The position numbers and the translations under genes are program-made. Shown piece by piece: positions 36,363 to 45,603 of a stretch of DNA of 64,000 nucleotides. Origin of the DNA: Candidatus Nanosyncoccus sp. (GTDB lineage Bacteria > Patescibacteriota > Saccharimonadia > Saccharimonadales > Saccharimonadaceae); the NCBI GenBank assembly GCA_045546095.1, contig JAZQCE010000010.1:5712-69711 (forward strand), given 5' to 3'. Every line of letters begins with the position of its first letter. The stretch's first letter is position 1. Under the pieces are notes generated by a model, which ran no database searches, was not told the DNA's origin, and saw only the letters and a list, made by a program, of their open reading frames with translations.

Positions 36363-36932
36363 ATGAGCAATTTTACCACAGTCGCAGAAGCAATGGCCAG
36401 AAAAATCAATTTTGAGGAGGAATGCAAAAATGGCATTGGTCGCCTGACCATCACGGGGCTCTCGTTCCCAGAAAACAAGACGTTCTATCCGCTCGACAAA
36501 ATCTGGAGCAGTATCCGCAAGCGCAACGCCGAGGCCTACGGGGTTTACACCACCGCAGTTTTTTCTTCGCCTAGCGCAGGAGTCATTCATGGGGAATTTT
36601 ACCCCAATCACGCCAACATCGACGAAGATGCTGCCGAGCAATATACCAAGCGTTTCGAGGATACCTTTTCCCTCCAGATTCTACTCTTCGCGGATGCCAT
36701 CATCAGCTTTCTTATGGATTACGAGCTAGGCTACACCGCCTATTGCAAATATCTCGAGAAAGCCGCTGGCAACCCCTCCCCCGAAGAATGCGGCTCCATC
36801 ATCGACGCATTTCTTCGTCGCTATCGTTTCAAGACCGACGAAGACGACGCCGAAAAAAGACGCCGTGAAGAACGCAGCCGGATGATCATGAACGCAAAAC
36901 TCATGGAATTCGCCTCGCTGATAGGATTCTAG
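36363..36932 (+). CDS. Hypothetical protein
   Basis: 190-aa ORF from ATG 36363, followed by a terminator. Confidence 0.7.
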   Translation: MSNFTTVAEAMARKINFEEECKNGIGRLTITGLSFPENKTFYPLDKIWSSIRKRNAEAYGVYTTAVFSSPSAGVIHGEFYPNHANIDEDAAEQYTKRFEDTFSLQILLFADAIISFLMDYELGYTAYCKYLEKAAGNPSPEECGSIIDAFLRRYRFKTDEDDAEKRRREERSRMIMNAKLMEFASLIGF

Positions 36933-36953
36933 CCATTCTGGCCTTCTTCTGCA

Positions 36954-36981
36954 AAAACCCGCCTAACTCTAGGCGGGTTTT
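36954..36981. terminator. Intrinsic terminator
   Basis: AAAAACCCGCCTA-ACTC-TAGGCGGGTTTT stem flanked by A and T runs. Confidence 0.8.
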
Positions 36982-37005
36982 ACTCTAGCTTGCCAAAAAA
37001 ACATT

Positions 37006-37129
37006 TCAGGAAGTAAATTTTGAGCAAGATACGAGGCAGCATTGAGCAACGCAAAGGAGACGTACTTAGCGTACGTCTCCTGCGTAGCGGAAATGCTAAC
37101 AAAGTAGCTTGCCAAAATTTACTTCCTGA
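37006..37129. repeat. Hairpin element family D, overlapping the rpsO stop codon
   Basis: Arms TCAGGAAGTAAATTTTG.GCAAG / CTTGCCAAAATTTACTTCCTGA; inner GGAGACGTAC/GTACGTCTCC stem. Confidence 0.85.
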
Positions 37130-37385
37130 GGCCGAGCTTGCTGATGGTTTTCTTATACAGCTCAAAATCAGTCTTCTCTAGGTATTTTAGCAACTTCTTG
37201 CGTTTTCCTACCATCTGGATTAAACCTCTTTTGGCCATAAAGTCATGTTTGTTCTTCTTCACGTGCTCAGTCACTTCGTGAATGCGCTCCGTGAGAATAG
37301 AAACTTGTACTTCAGGAGAACCAACATCCGCCTTACTCCGGGCGACCTTGGCAATAGCCTTGCTCTTATTCTCTTTTGTTATCAT
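37119..37385 (-). CDS. rpsO: 30S ribosomal protein S15
   Basis: DVGSPEVQVSILT, KHDFMAKRGL, YL....LGLRK. Confidence 0.97.
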   Translation of the reverse strand: MITKENKSKAIAKVARSKADVGSPEVQVSILTERIHEVTEHVKKNKHDFMAKRGLIQMVGKRKKLLKYLEKTDFELYKKTISKLGLRK

Positions 37386-37470
37386 TGCCCCATTATATCA
37401 CACTCTCTCCTATCTGTGAACCCCTTGAAGCATGAAAACCAGATCCGCCGTGTTGAGAAGACGATTCACA

Positions 37471-38988
37471 TTACTCACCCACCAGGCATCTCATGCTGAA
37501 GCCGCCGCTGCGACCGAAGTGGTTGTATGGGCCAACGCTCGAAGAATCTACATTTAAACCATTCATATAGTAGCGATCGTCGTAGGTAGAAGACCACCAG
37601 CCGCCTCTGCTACCCTGATCGTACGCCGAGCTATTATAGTAGCTACCCGACAGAGGGGTAGACAGATTATACTGAAAGCTATTAGAGTTTGTAGCATCGC
37701 TGCTATATTTATCGGCAAGAGCCTTATATTCGCCAAAATAGTAACCTGTAGGCATCCGCCAGTTTGCTGGGCAGATATCTTGAGAGGCATCAATAAGGGT
37801 GTCTGGCACGTCTACACCACTACCACCTGCATAGCAGTAGGTACTGGCAGAAGCAGCACAGAAGTTATAATAAATACCTACCTTAGCTTGACCACTCGTA
37901 GCAGCTGGACCATAGGATGTCACGAGGGTATCTTTGCTGGCGTTATTGATGCGAGGCTGGATATAGCTATCGTTATTATTAAAGTTTGTTGCCACATTAG
38001 CTACTGCGACATTACTCCAACCAGCATTACCACCAGCATTACCACCGTTTAGGAGATTAGTAATGGCAGCAGCCGTGGCATTAGTATTGGTTTCATTCAT
38101 GTTGGCTGCTGTGGTGGAATCAGTAGGATCTAGAGCTAGGTTGTCTAACATCCAGCAATTACCGTCTGCAAGTCTAGCGGCTTTATATGTCTGGCCATCA
38201 CGAGAATCAGTAAGGGTATAGACTTGGTTTTCTGGCAAATCTTGTGAACAATAGGTTACATCCTGAAGAGTGGTAGCGGTATCTAGAGATTTAGGGACAA
38301 TAGGTTTAGCCGCATCCGCTGGATGCACCAATGTATATATCACCTTCCCACTATATGTACCTGCAGGTTGGGTCTGAGAGATATATGCTGCATAGGTAGT
38401 AGTCAGCTCTGCACCAGTAGCAGTAGTATTACTACTAGGTATATCAGTAGCAGAGTCTCTATGCGCTACCTTTACATAGTCACTAGGCACTATGCTGTAA
38501 TTGTTATAGCCATTGTCTAATTCTAGGGCATAGGTAGCAGATGCGTTAGTAGCTAGCTTCATAGCCCAATTGGATGTATTACCAGATTCTGCTATGCCAG
38601 TATCTATGTTTCCTATGGCTGCTGGTGTGCCTACTAGCTTAGTACTATTAGTTCCTCCTACTTCTTCTCCCGTATATCCCGCAGCATAGATGGCAAAGCC
38701 ATTATTATCGTTACAAAAGGCTTTGAGGGTGGTAGTACCAATATTATCTTGATAGGTACCATTAGTGATTTCTGCTGTATGTGAATCCATACTAGTACCA
38801 CTCATGGTGCAGGATACTGGGACGGTGATGGTGATGTCGTCTACGATGTCGTCGGCATGAGTTTTAGCAGAGCCTAGCAAGACACTAGCGCATAATGTAG
38901 CCACTAGCAGCCCACCAGCTATCAGATATCCCACTGGTTTTCCATCGACTCCCGTATATTCTACTGGTTCTTTACTAATCACCACCAA
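37471..38988 (-). CDS. Secreted FISUMP-domain protein with DGR-like C-terminal region (paralog 2)
   Basis: Shares the N-domain IGxTTLKAFCND..GF.IYA with paralog 1; DSRDGQTY..LADGNCWM, CPANWRMP, WWSST..MRC. Confidence 0.85.
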   Translation of the reverse strand: MVVISKEPVEYTGVDGKPVGYLIAGGLLVATLCASVLLGSAKTHADDIVDDITITVPVSCTMSGTSMDSHTAEITNGTYQDNIGTTTLKAFCNDNNGFAIYAAGYTGEEVGGTNSTKLVGTPAAIGNIDTGIAESGNTSNWAMKLATNASATYALELDNGYNNYSIVPSDYVKVAHRDSATDIPSSNTTATGAELTTTYAAYISQTQPAGTYSGKVIYTLVHPADAAKPIVPKSLDTATTLQDVTYCSQDLPENQVYTLTDSRDGQTYKAARLADGNCWMLDNLALDPTDSTTAANMNETNTNATAAAITNLLNGGNAGGNAGWSNVAVANVATNFNNNDSYIQPRINNASKDTLVTSYGPAATSGQAKVGIYYNFCAASASTYCYAGGSGVDVPDTLIDASQDICPANWRMPTGYYFGEYKALADKYSSDATNSNSFQYNLSTPLSGSYYNSSAYDQGSRGGWWSSTYDDRYYMNGLNVDSSSVGPYNHFGRSGGFSMRCLVGE

Positions 38989-39127
38989 GGCAGATTTTTT
39001 GTCACCTTATGTCTTATATCAGATTTTATGCTATATTTCTTTTTGTGTAGCATATATAACCTTTCAACTTAGTTAAGTCCATTATAGCACACATTTTTCA
39101 TAATGCTAATGTTTTTTAAGAATCGTG

Positions 39128-40252
39128 CTACAAAATCTTCTGGAGCTCAGCCTTGTACGCCTCTACCCCCGGCTGGTCAAACGGATTCACGCCAAACAGC
39201 TTAGCGCTCATCGCACAGGAAAGCTCAAAGAAATAAATCAACTCACCAAACCCTATCTCGTCATAGCTTGCCACGCCAAGCGAAAGTACCGGTATCCCAC
39301 CAGCGGCGTGAGCGGTTTTTACCGCCTGCACCACTTTGGCATTCATTTCGTCCGTAGGATAATCGATGATGGTCTCCCATAGGTTTCGCCGCCCGTCCTG
39401 CATAAACTGCCCCAACGAATGCAAATCCGTAGAATAAATCACCGACGCCGGCAGTACACCCTGCCGATTCTTTCCCTCGGACTCGCCAAACAATTGCTTC
39501 AGCCATTCATTAAAATACGCCGTAGACGGTTCAAAACTAGCAAAGACTTCCGTATCGTACCCTTTCTGCCCTAGCTCATATCGCATCCAGGCATACTTCG
39601 TAGCTGGCTCCACCGTAGATTCCACCGCTCCAGCTGCTCCCTCGAGCAGCTTGTCTACATTCACGCCTGCAACCGCCATTGGCAAAAGCCCCACCGCCGA
39701 AAGCACTGAATACCGCCCACCAATATTATCTGGCACCACAAGCATCGTGTATCCTGCCGCTACCGCTTCGTCGTGCAAAGCACCCTGTTTCTTATCTGTG
39801 GTAGCATAAATCCGACTTGCCGCTTCCTCTTCGCCGTATTTTTCGATTAATTTTTTCTTAAATTCACCAAAAGCAATCGCCGGCTCCAGGGTAGTCCCAG
39901 ATTTCGAAATCACATTCACGGAGAAGTCATGATCCCCCACCTTTTCTAGTGCCCGCTCGAGCTCCCGTCTAGAAAGCGAATTCCCTGCATAGATTATTTT
40001 CGTCTCCGATTTGGGATGTAATGCCTCAATGACCGCCCGATGCCCCAAGTACGACCCCCCGATTCCAATACACACCAAATATTCACTCTCTTCCTGTATT
40101 TTCTTCGCAGCCTCCTTAATCCGCACGAACTCACCCATATCAAATTTCTTCGGCAAAGCAAACCACCCGCCCATCTTATCGCGAGCAATTTCCTTTAGTA
40201 TCTCCGCAGTTTTTACTTCATCTATTTGTGGACTAAAATTCACTGTTATCAT
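39128..40252 (-). CDS. pgi: Glucose-6-phosphate isomerase (short form)
   Basis: IGIGGSYLG, SKSGTTLE, IGGRYSVLS, QLFGESEGK, NPFDQPGVEAYK; start taken at ATG 40252 after TATAAT. Confidence 0.95.
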   Translation of the reverse strand: MITVNFSPQIDEVKTAEILKEIARDKMGGWFALPKKFDMGEFVRIKEAAKKIQEESEYLVCIGIGGSYLGHRAVIEALHPKSETKIIYAGNSLSRRELERALEKVGDHDFSVNVISKSGTTLEPAIAFGEFKKKLIEKYGEEEAASRIYATTDKKQGALHDEAVAAGYTMLVVPDNIGGRYSVLSAVGLLPMAVAGVNVDKLLEGAAGAVESTVEPATKYAWMRYELGQKGYDTEVFASFEPSTAYFNEWLKQLFGESEGKNRQGVLPASVIYSTDLHSLGQFMQDGRRNLWETIIDYPTDEMNAKVVQAVKTAHAAGGIPVLSLGVASYDEIGFGELIYFFELSCAMSAKLFGVNPFDQPGVEAYKAELQKIL

Positions 40253-40265
40253 AACGTTATTATAC

Positions 40266-40405
40266 AAGACTTGCGCAAAATCGTAAAATCGAGGAACATA
40301 AAGGCAAAATCTCAGATTTTGCCGCCGAAGGGGCGAAGCTTTTGTGTAAAATTTCTAATTTACACAAAAGCGAAGCTTCCGAGGTTTACGATTTGCGCAA
40401 GTCTT
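40266..40405. repeat. Hairpin element family C, between the pgi and tRNA-Leu promoters
   Basis: Arms AAGACTTGCGCAAA(A)TCGTAAA / TTTACGATTTGCGCAAGTCTT; family C core. Confidence 0.85.
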
Positions 40406-40429
40406 ACAGATATGCTATGATTACACTGT

Positions 40430-40516
40430 GCCCGAGTGGCGGAATTGGTAGACGCGCTAGCTTCAGGTGCTAGTGGTAGCAATACCGTACAGGTTCAAGT
40501 CCTGCCTCGGGCACCA
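40430..40516 (+). tRNA. tRNA-Leu(CAG)
   Basis: Cloverleaf, long variable arm, anticodon loop TTCAGGT, encoded CCA. Confidence 0.95.
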
Positions 40517-40659
40517 AGGAGACGAACAAAAATCCAGAATTTATTCTGGATTTTTTAAGATGACGCAGGTGCCTTAGCCGGCGAAGCCGGCATCGCACCA
40601 TAAAAGTAAATATGCATCTGCATATTTACTTTTATGATATTCGTAGGCAGAAAACTAGA

Positions 40660-43092
40660 TTATTTCAGAGCCTTTATTACCGCATCGCGATCATTTTTTA
40701 TCAACCTGAGCCTCGCGGCGATTTCTTTTTCGCCAATTTCTATCGCTCGAGCCAGAGCTGGCTCATCTTTCATCGGCAAGAAGAAATCCTTCCACGCCTC
40801 AAATTCGCTCTCCGTCCTGATAATATTAGCAGTGTACCGCGGGTACGCATCCAACGACTTATCCCCCATGACTTTCCTCAAGGACTCCCAATTCTTTACC
40901 AGCCACCGCCATGTCATCTCTCGTGACTTTGAATTCCTAAACAACCTTACAAACAGATAAATCTGATCCTGCAACTTCACAATCTCTTTTTTATCGAGCA
41001 ACCCCACTGCCTTTTTTAATACTTTCTCATCCTTCGTTAGCGTCACCGCTATACGCAGGTCTGCCTTAATCTCTGGATCGGCAATCTGCTGATATGCCCG
41101 GATATACTCATCAAACACCGAGCCATCCAAATAAATTTTAGCGTCCAAAATATCGGCTCGTATTTCCGAATCCAAGCTCTCGTAATTTCTGTCGTACATC
41201 TCTGCCAGTTTTTGCAAATTTTCGGTGTCTTCCGCATAGAAATCCAGCCCAAGCAGTATCGCCCGAAGACGCAAGGTATTTTCATCATCACCATCTCGCG
41301 TCGTCAAGCCAATTTCCGAAAGTTTCGGCTGCACCAAGTTCCCCACAAACTCTTTCAGTTTCTTTTCTTCTTCCGACCCAGGCTCCACGAAAATCTTTAG
41401 TTGCCCAATAATTACCGCCACGATTTCCCACACCGACGCACTATCCTCATCCTTAAACTTCTCTACCAAAGGCAATAGCGATGCCGAATCAGCCAGCTTC
41501 GTCCGCGCCGTGAGAGACCTATCAATTAAAAGTCTCAGTTTTTCTTCCAGCCCCAGCTTATCAAAATTCCGAAGCCGCTCTTCAAATTCAGCCTCACTCA
41601 AATTCAATACATAGTGCCCACTCATATCCTCTGTCACTTCCGGCACCATCCATTCCGTCTCCGGCATTTCAGGCGAATCCAGCAAAAACCGCTTCTGTGT
41701 GTATTTCTCAAATTCATCATCACCCGTAATCACCGGATACCCCGGCTTGTCAATAAACCCGTGCATTAGCTCACCCACATCAAACTCCGCATACTCCGAC
41801 AAAGCATTCCACAGGTCATCACCGACCGTATTTTTATATTTATATTTTTCAAAATATTTTCGTAAGCCTTTACAAAATTCATCCCAGCCCATCAAGCGAA
41901 TTAGCATCAGCATCAAATGTGCTCCTTTAGAATACACAATCGCACCATCAAATAATGTCGCTATCTCCGCCGGGTCATGTACCTCCTGATGCACCGACTG
42001 CACATCTGTATAAGCATCCCGCACCAAGGCCGAGAAACAATCACCCGTGAAAAAACCTTCCCAAATCTTAAACTCAGGATATGCATAATCAGACGCAAAA
42101 TATTCCATCACGCTGGCAAACGACTCATTTAACCACAAGTCATCCCACCATTCCATTGTCACGAGATCCCCAAACCACTGATGCGACAACTCATGTGCTA
42201 CCGTAAGCGAAACCGATTTTTTCGTCTCTATTGTCGCACTTTTGCCCACCAACATCATTGATTCCCGATAGGTCACCAGCCCCCAGTTCTCCATCGCTCC
42301 TGCCTCAAAATCCGGCAACGCTATCTGGTCTAATTTCTCCAGAGGATAAGGCACTCCAAAATTATCGTCATAAAACTCTAGCGACTTTGCCGCAATCTCA
42401 TTAGCAAAATCCACCGAATCCACATCCTGCGCCAACGAACAATAAGTTGTAATCTTCGTCCCATGCGCATTAGTCACACTCTTGCCATGAAATTTCCCAA
42501 TCACCCATGCCAGCAGATAAGTGCTCATTCGTGGCGTCGGCTGAAAAGTTTTTGAAAAAGCGCCATCGAGGACCGTAAGCTCGGCCGAACGGCCTCGAGT
42601 GTGTCCGAGATGGTGCTTTTCAAAAACTTCAGGTGTGTTGGCGATAATCAAGTCGTCTTTGTCTGGCGTTGTGATCGATAGCTCAAACACCGCTTTGGCC
42701 GCGGGCTCGTCGATACACGGGAAAGCCTCGCAAGCATAATGGCTTTCAAATTGCGTCGCCACTATCGTCTCCGTATGCCCCTCGTATTCATAAGTAGAAA
42801 GATACGCCCCCTGCATATTTTCATTCAAAGTGCCATTATAATCTATGGTTATTTCTCTTTCCCCAAGTGGTACCTTGCGGATCTCCAAGACCCCCCCGTC
42901 TGTCACGAACTCAGATTCCTTACCATCGACCAACACCCCATCAATCTTTAGACCCACCGCATGGAATTTCACCGTCTCCACCATGGCCTCACCAGTCACA
43001 GTCACCATTCCGCCAATCGTCTTGGTCTCTTTATCAATAAACAAATCAAGCGTATATTTTTCCGGTTTAAAATAATCAAGTAATCTCTCCAT
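40660..43092 (-). CDS. pepN: M1 family aminopeptidase N (with in-frame hairpin insertion)
   Basis: ATQFE, AFPCIDEP, GAMENWG, HELSHQWFG..LWLNESF. Confidence 0.95.
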   Translation of the reverse strand: MERLLDYFKPEKYTLDLFIDKETKTIGGMVTVTGEAMVETVKFHAVGLKIDGVLVDGKESEFVTDGGVLEIRKVPLGEREITIDYNGTLNENMQGAYLSTYEYEGHTETIVATQFESHYACEAFPCIDEPAAKAVFELSITTPDKDDLIIANTPEVFEKHHLGHTRGRSAELTVLDGAFSKTFQPTPRMSTYLLAWVIGKFHGKSVTNAHGTKITTYCSLAQDVDSVDFANEIAAKSLEFYDDNFGVPYPLEKLDQIALPDFEAGAMENWGLVTYRESMMLVGKSATIETKKSVSLTVAHELSHQWFGDLVTMEWWDDLWLNESFASVMEYFASDYAYPEFKIWEGFFTGDCFSALVRDAYTDVQSVHQEVHDPAEIATLFDGAIVYSKGAHLMLMLIRLMGWDEFCKGLRKYFEKYKYKNTVGDDLWNALSEYAEFDVGELMHGFIDKPGYPVITGDDEFEKYTQKRFLLDSPEMPETEWMVPEVTEDMSGHYVLNLSEAEFEERLRNFDKLGLEEKLRLLIDRSLTARTKLADSASLLPLVEKFKDEDSASVWEIVAVIIGQLKIFVEPGSEEEKKLKEFVGNLVQPKLSEIGLTTRDGDDENTLRLRAILLGLDFYAEDTENLQKLAEMYDRNYESLDSEIRADILDAKIYLDGSVFDEYIRAYQQIADPEIKADLRIAVTLTKDEKVLKKAVGLLDKKEIVKLQDQIYLFVRLFRNSKSREMTWRWLVKNWESLRKVMGDKSLDAYPRYTANIIRTESEFEAWKDFFLPMKDEPALARAIEIGEKEIAARLRLIKNDRDAVIKALK
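42541..42632. repeat. Hairpin element family A, copy in pepN
   Basis: Core GGACCGTAAGCTCGGCCGAACGGCCTCGAGTGTGTCC (42570-42606) with copy-specific arms. Confidence 0.85.
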
Positions 43093-43109
43093 GTTCTCCT
43101 TTCAGGGCT

Positions 43110-45035
43110 TTAATGTAGTTTGGCGGTTTCTGGTAAAGTCGTGGATTTCAAAATCGGCTCGAGATCGGCTTCTTCAAGTGTTTCATGCGTCAATAATTCT
43201 TCCGCCAGTTTATCTAGCACAGCTTTATTAGCCCTTAACACTGCTTCTGCCCGCTTTGCTGCCTCGTCAGAAAGTTTCTTGATTTCTGCATCTATGACCT
43301 CAGCAGTCTTTTCCGAATATGGCTTACCAGTAGTAATAGTATAATATCCTGTCGCCTCGGATGGGAACACCAAGTTACGAGTACCATCCCCCATGCCCTC
43401 TTCTATGATCATCGACTTAGCGAGCTCTGCTACATTTTGCAAATCAGAAGATGCCCCAGTAGTAATCGCATCTTTACCAAAAATCAACTTCTCAGCCATA
43501 CGTCCACCCATTGCCCGAGCGAGAATATCTTTTAACTCATAAATATTTTTATAACTCCTATCCTCAGGCGGCAAAAACCATGTCACACCACCTGTCCGAC
43601 CTCGCGGAATAATCGTCACCTTATGCACTGGATCAGAATCCGGCAATACGTGCCCCACAATCGCATGCCCAGCTTCATGATAGGCCGTAATTTTACGCTC
43701 TTTTTCATTCATCATTTTACTCTTTCGCTCCGGCCCAATCGCCACTCTTTCAAAAGCTTCGGTCAAATCACTATTAGAAATCGCCTTGTGCCCTTCACGT
43801 GCTGCTGTAATTGCAGCCTCATTTGCAATATTCGCTAGATCCGCACCAGACGATCCAGCCGTCTTTTTGGCCATCGATTCCAAATCCACATCACCCTCTA
43901 CTGGCTTACCCTTAAAGTGTACTTTCAAAATTTCCAATCTATCTTTTCGCTCCGGCAAAGTCACATTTACGTGTCTATCAAACCGCCCTGGACGAAGTAG
44001 AGCCTTGTCTAGCATATCCACACGGTTCGTCGCCGCCATCACGATTACACCAGAATCATTATCAAACCCATCCATTTCTACCAAAATCTGATTCAGCGTC
44101 TGCTCGTCTTCACGCCCAGCACCACCACGCGCATCACGCTTATGCGCCACCGCATCGATTTCATCGATAAAAATTATAGACGGAGCGTTCTTCTTAGCCT
44201 TAGAGAATAAGTCTCGCACTCGGCTAGCACCCACACCCACAAACATTTCTGCAAATTCCGACCCAGAAATAGAGAAGAATGGGACATTTGCTTCACCTGC
44301 CACGGCTCGCGCCATCAGAGTCTTACCAGTACCCGGCTCTCCCGCAAGCAATACCCCACGCGGGATTTTTGCTCCTAATTTTTCGTATTTTTTTGGCGAC
44401 TTCAAGAAATCCACAATCTCTGTCAAATCTTGTTTCGCGGCCTCATTACCCGCCACATCCTTAAAAGATACTTTTTTCTTGTCTGGCCCATATAGTCTAG
44501 CCTTCGCCTTACCGAATCCCATCGACTGATTATTGGCGGAATTCGCCTGCTTCATCATCCAGACAAAGAACCCTACAATGATAATAATCGGAAATACCGT
44601 CAAAGCCACTTCGAGTACAATCCCCCACGTATTCACCTCTTCCTTATATTCAATTATAGGATATTTCCCTTCACAAGTAGTCAGCTCTTCCCCTTCTAGA
44701 CCTTCACAATGATTTACCAAACCCTGATCATACAGAGTCCCCGCAGAATCCTTTCTTGATGTCTCCGTAGCTTCTTTTTCGCCTTTTAGGGTGACATCTA
44801 CGGTATTACCCGTAACTGTAATTTTCTCAATATTTCCATTCGGATCGTTAGCCCGCTGGACCACTTCCGAAATCGGAACCTCAGTTTTTTCTATACCACC
44901 ACGATTCAAGTTTGCGACAATCAGCGCGGCAAAACAAATCAAAATAAACGTAAACAACAAACTCCGCACCATATTCGATTTTTCGTTTTGTGCCTGCCCG
45001 CCTCGGACTGGCTTTTTTTGTGCACTTTCTGCCAC
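43110..45035 (-). CDS. ftsH: ATP-dependent zinc metalloprotease FtsH
   Basis: Two TMs, [22 protein letters not shown]. Confidence 0.97.
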   Translation of the reverse strand: MAESAQKKPVRGGQAQNEKSNMVRSLLFTFILICFAALIVANLNRGGIEKTEVPISEVVQRANDPNGNIEKITVTGNTVDVTLKGEKEATETSRKDSAGTLYDQGLVNHCEGLEGEELTTCEGKYPIIEYKEEVNTWGIVLEVALTVFPIIIIVGFFVWMMKQANSANNQSMGFGKAKARLYGPDKKKVSFKDVAGNEAAKQDLTEIVDFLKSPKKYEKLGAKIPRGVLLAGEPGTGKTLMARAVAGEANVPFFSISGSEFAEMFVGVGASRVRDLFSKAKKNAPSIIFIDEIDAVAHKRDARGGAGREDEQTLNQILVEMDGFDNDSGVIVMAATNRVDMLDKALLRPGRFDRHVNVTLPERKDRLEILKVHFKGKPVEGDVDLESMAKKTAGSSGADLANIANEAAITAAREGHKAISNSDLTEAFERVAIGPERKSKMMNEKERKITAYHEAGHAIVGHVLPDSDPVHKVTIIPRGRTGGVTWFLPPEDRSYKNIYELKDILARAMGGRMAEKLIFGKDAITTGASSDLQNVAELAKSMIIEEGMGDGTRNLVFPSEATGYYTITTGKPYSEKTAEVIDAEIKKLSDEAAKRAEAVLRANKAVLDKLAEELLTHETLEEADLEPILKSTTLPETAKLH

Positions 45036-45140
45036 TATTTCCTCCTTATTATAAACATATCAATATTAGCATCTTTCACATACATCTATTTTATCACGAC
45101 TTCCCCTATTTTTTAAAAATGTGCTATAATAATATCACGT

Positions 45141-45216
45141 CTGGGTGTGGCGCAGTTGGTAGCGCGCGACTTTTGGGAAGTCGAGGCCGCTGGTTCAAGT
45201 CCAGTCACCCAGACCA
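45141..45216 (+). tRNA. tRNA-Pro(TGG)
   Basis: Cloverleaf, anticodon loop TTTGGGA, CCA end. Confidence 0.95.
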
Positions 45217-45227
45217 TTTTTATATCC

Positions 45228-45304
45228 CTGGGATTGGCGCAGCCTGGTAGCGCGCGGCATTCGGGATGCCGAGGTCAGGAGTTCAAATCTCCTATCCCAG
45301 ACCA
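45228..45304 (+). tRNA. tRNA-Pro(CGG)
   Basis: Cloverleaf, anticodon loop TTCGGGA, CCA end. Confidence 0.95.
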
Positions 45305-45308
45305 CGCT

Positions 45309-45385
45309 CGGGGCTTGGCGCAGCCTGGTAGCGCGCACGCATGGGGTGCGTGAGGTCAGGAGTTCAAATCTCCTAGCCCCGACCA
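45309..45385 (+). tRNA. tRNA-Pro(GGG)
   Basis: Cloverleaf, anticodon loop ATGGGGT, CCA end. Confidence 0.95.
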
Positions 45386-45603
45386 CTAGTTATTGCTAAT
45401 AATAGATTGCCTCATCGCCTTCCTAAAGTTATATTCAAAGGAAGAGAAACAACTGTTCTTCCCCTGTCTGACATCGCGAGTAGCCGTTTATATGAGCACG
45501 ATACCAACTTCTCGGATTTCAAAGACTTCTCAATCTTTACCCACCCCGGATTCAGGAAAAACAAAGAGTAGAGGCAGGAGCACAGACAGGTAAAAAAACT
45601 CAG

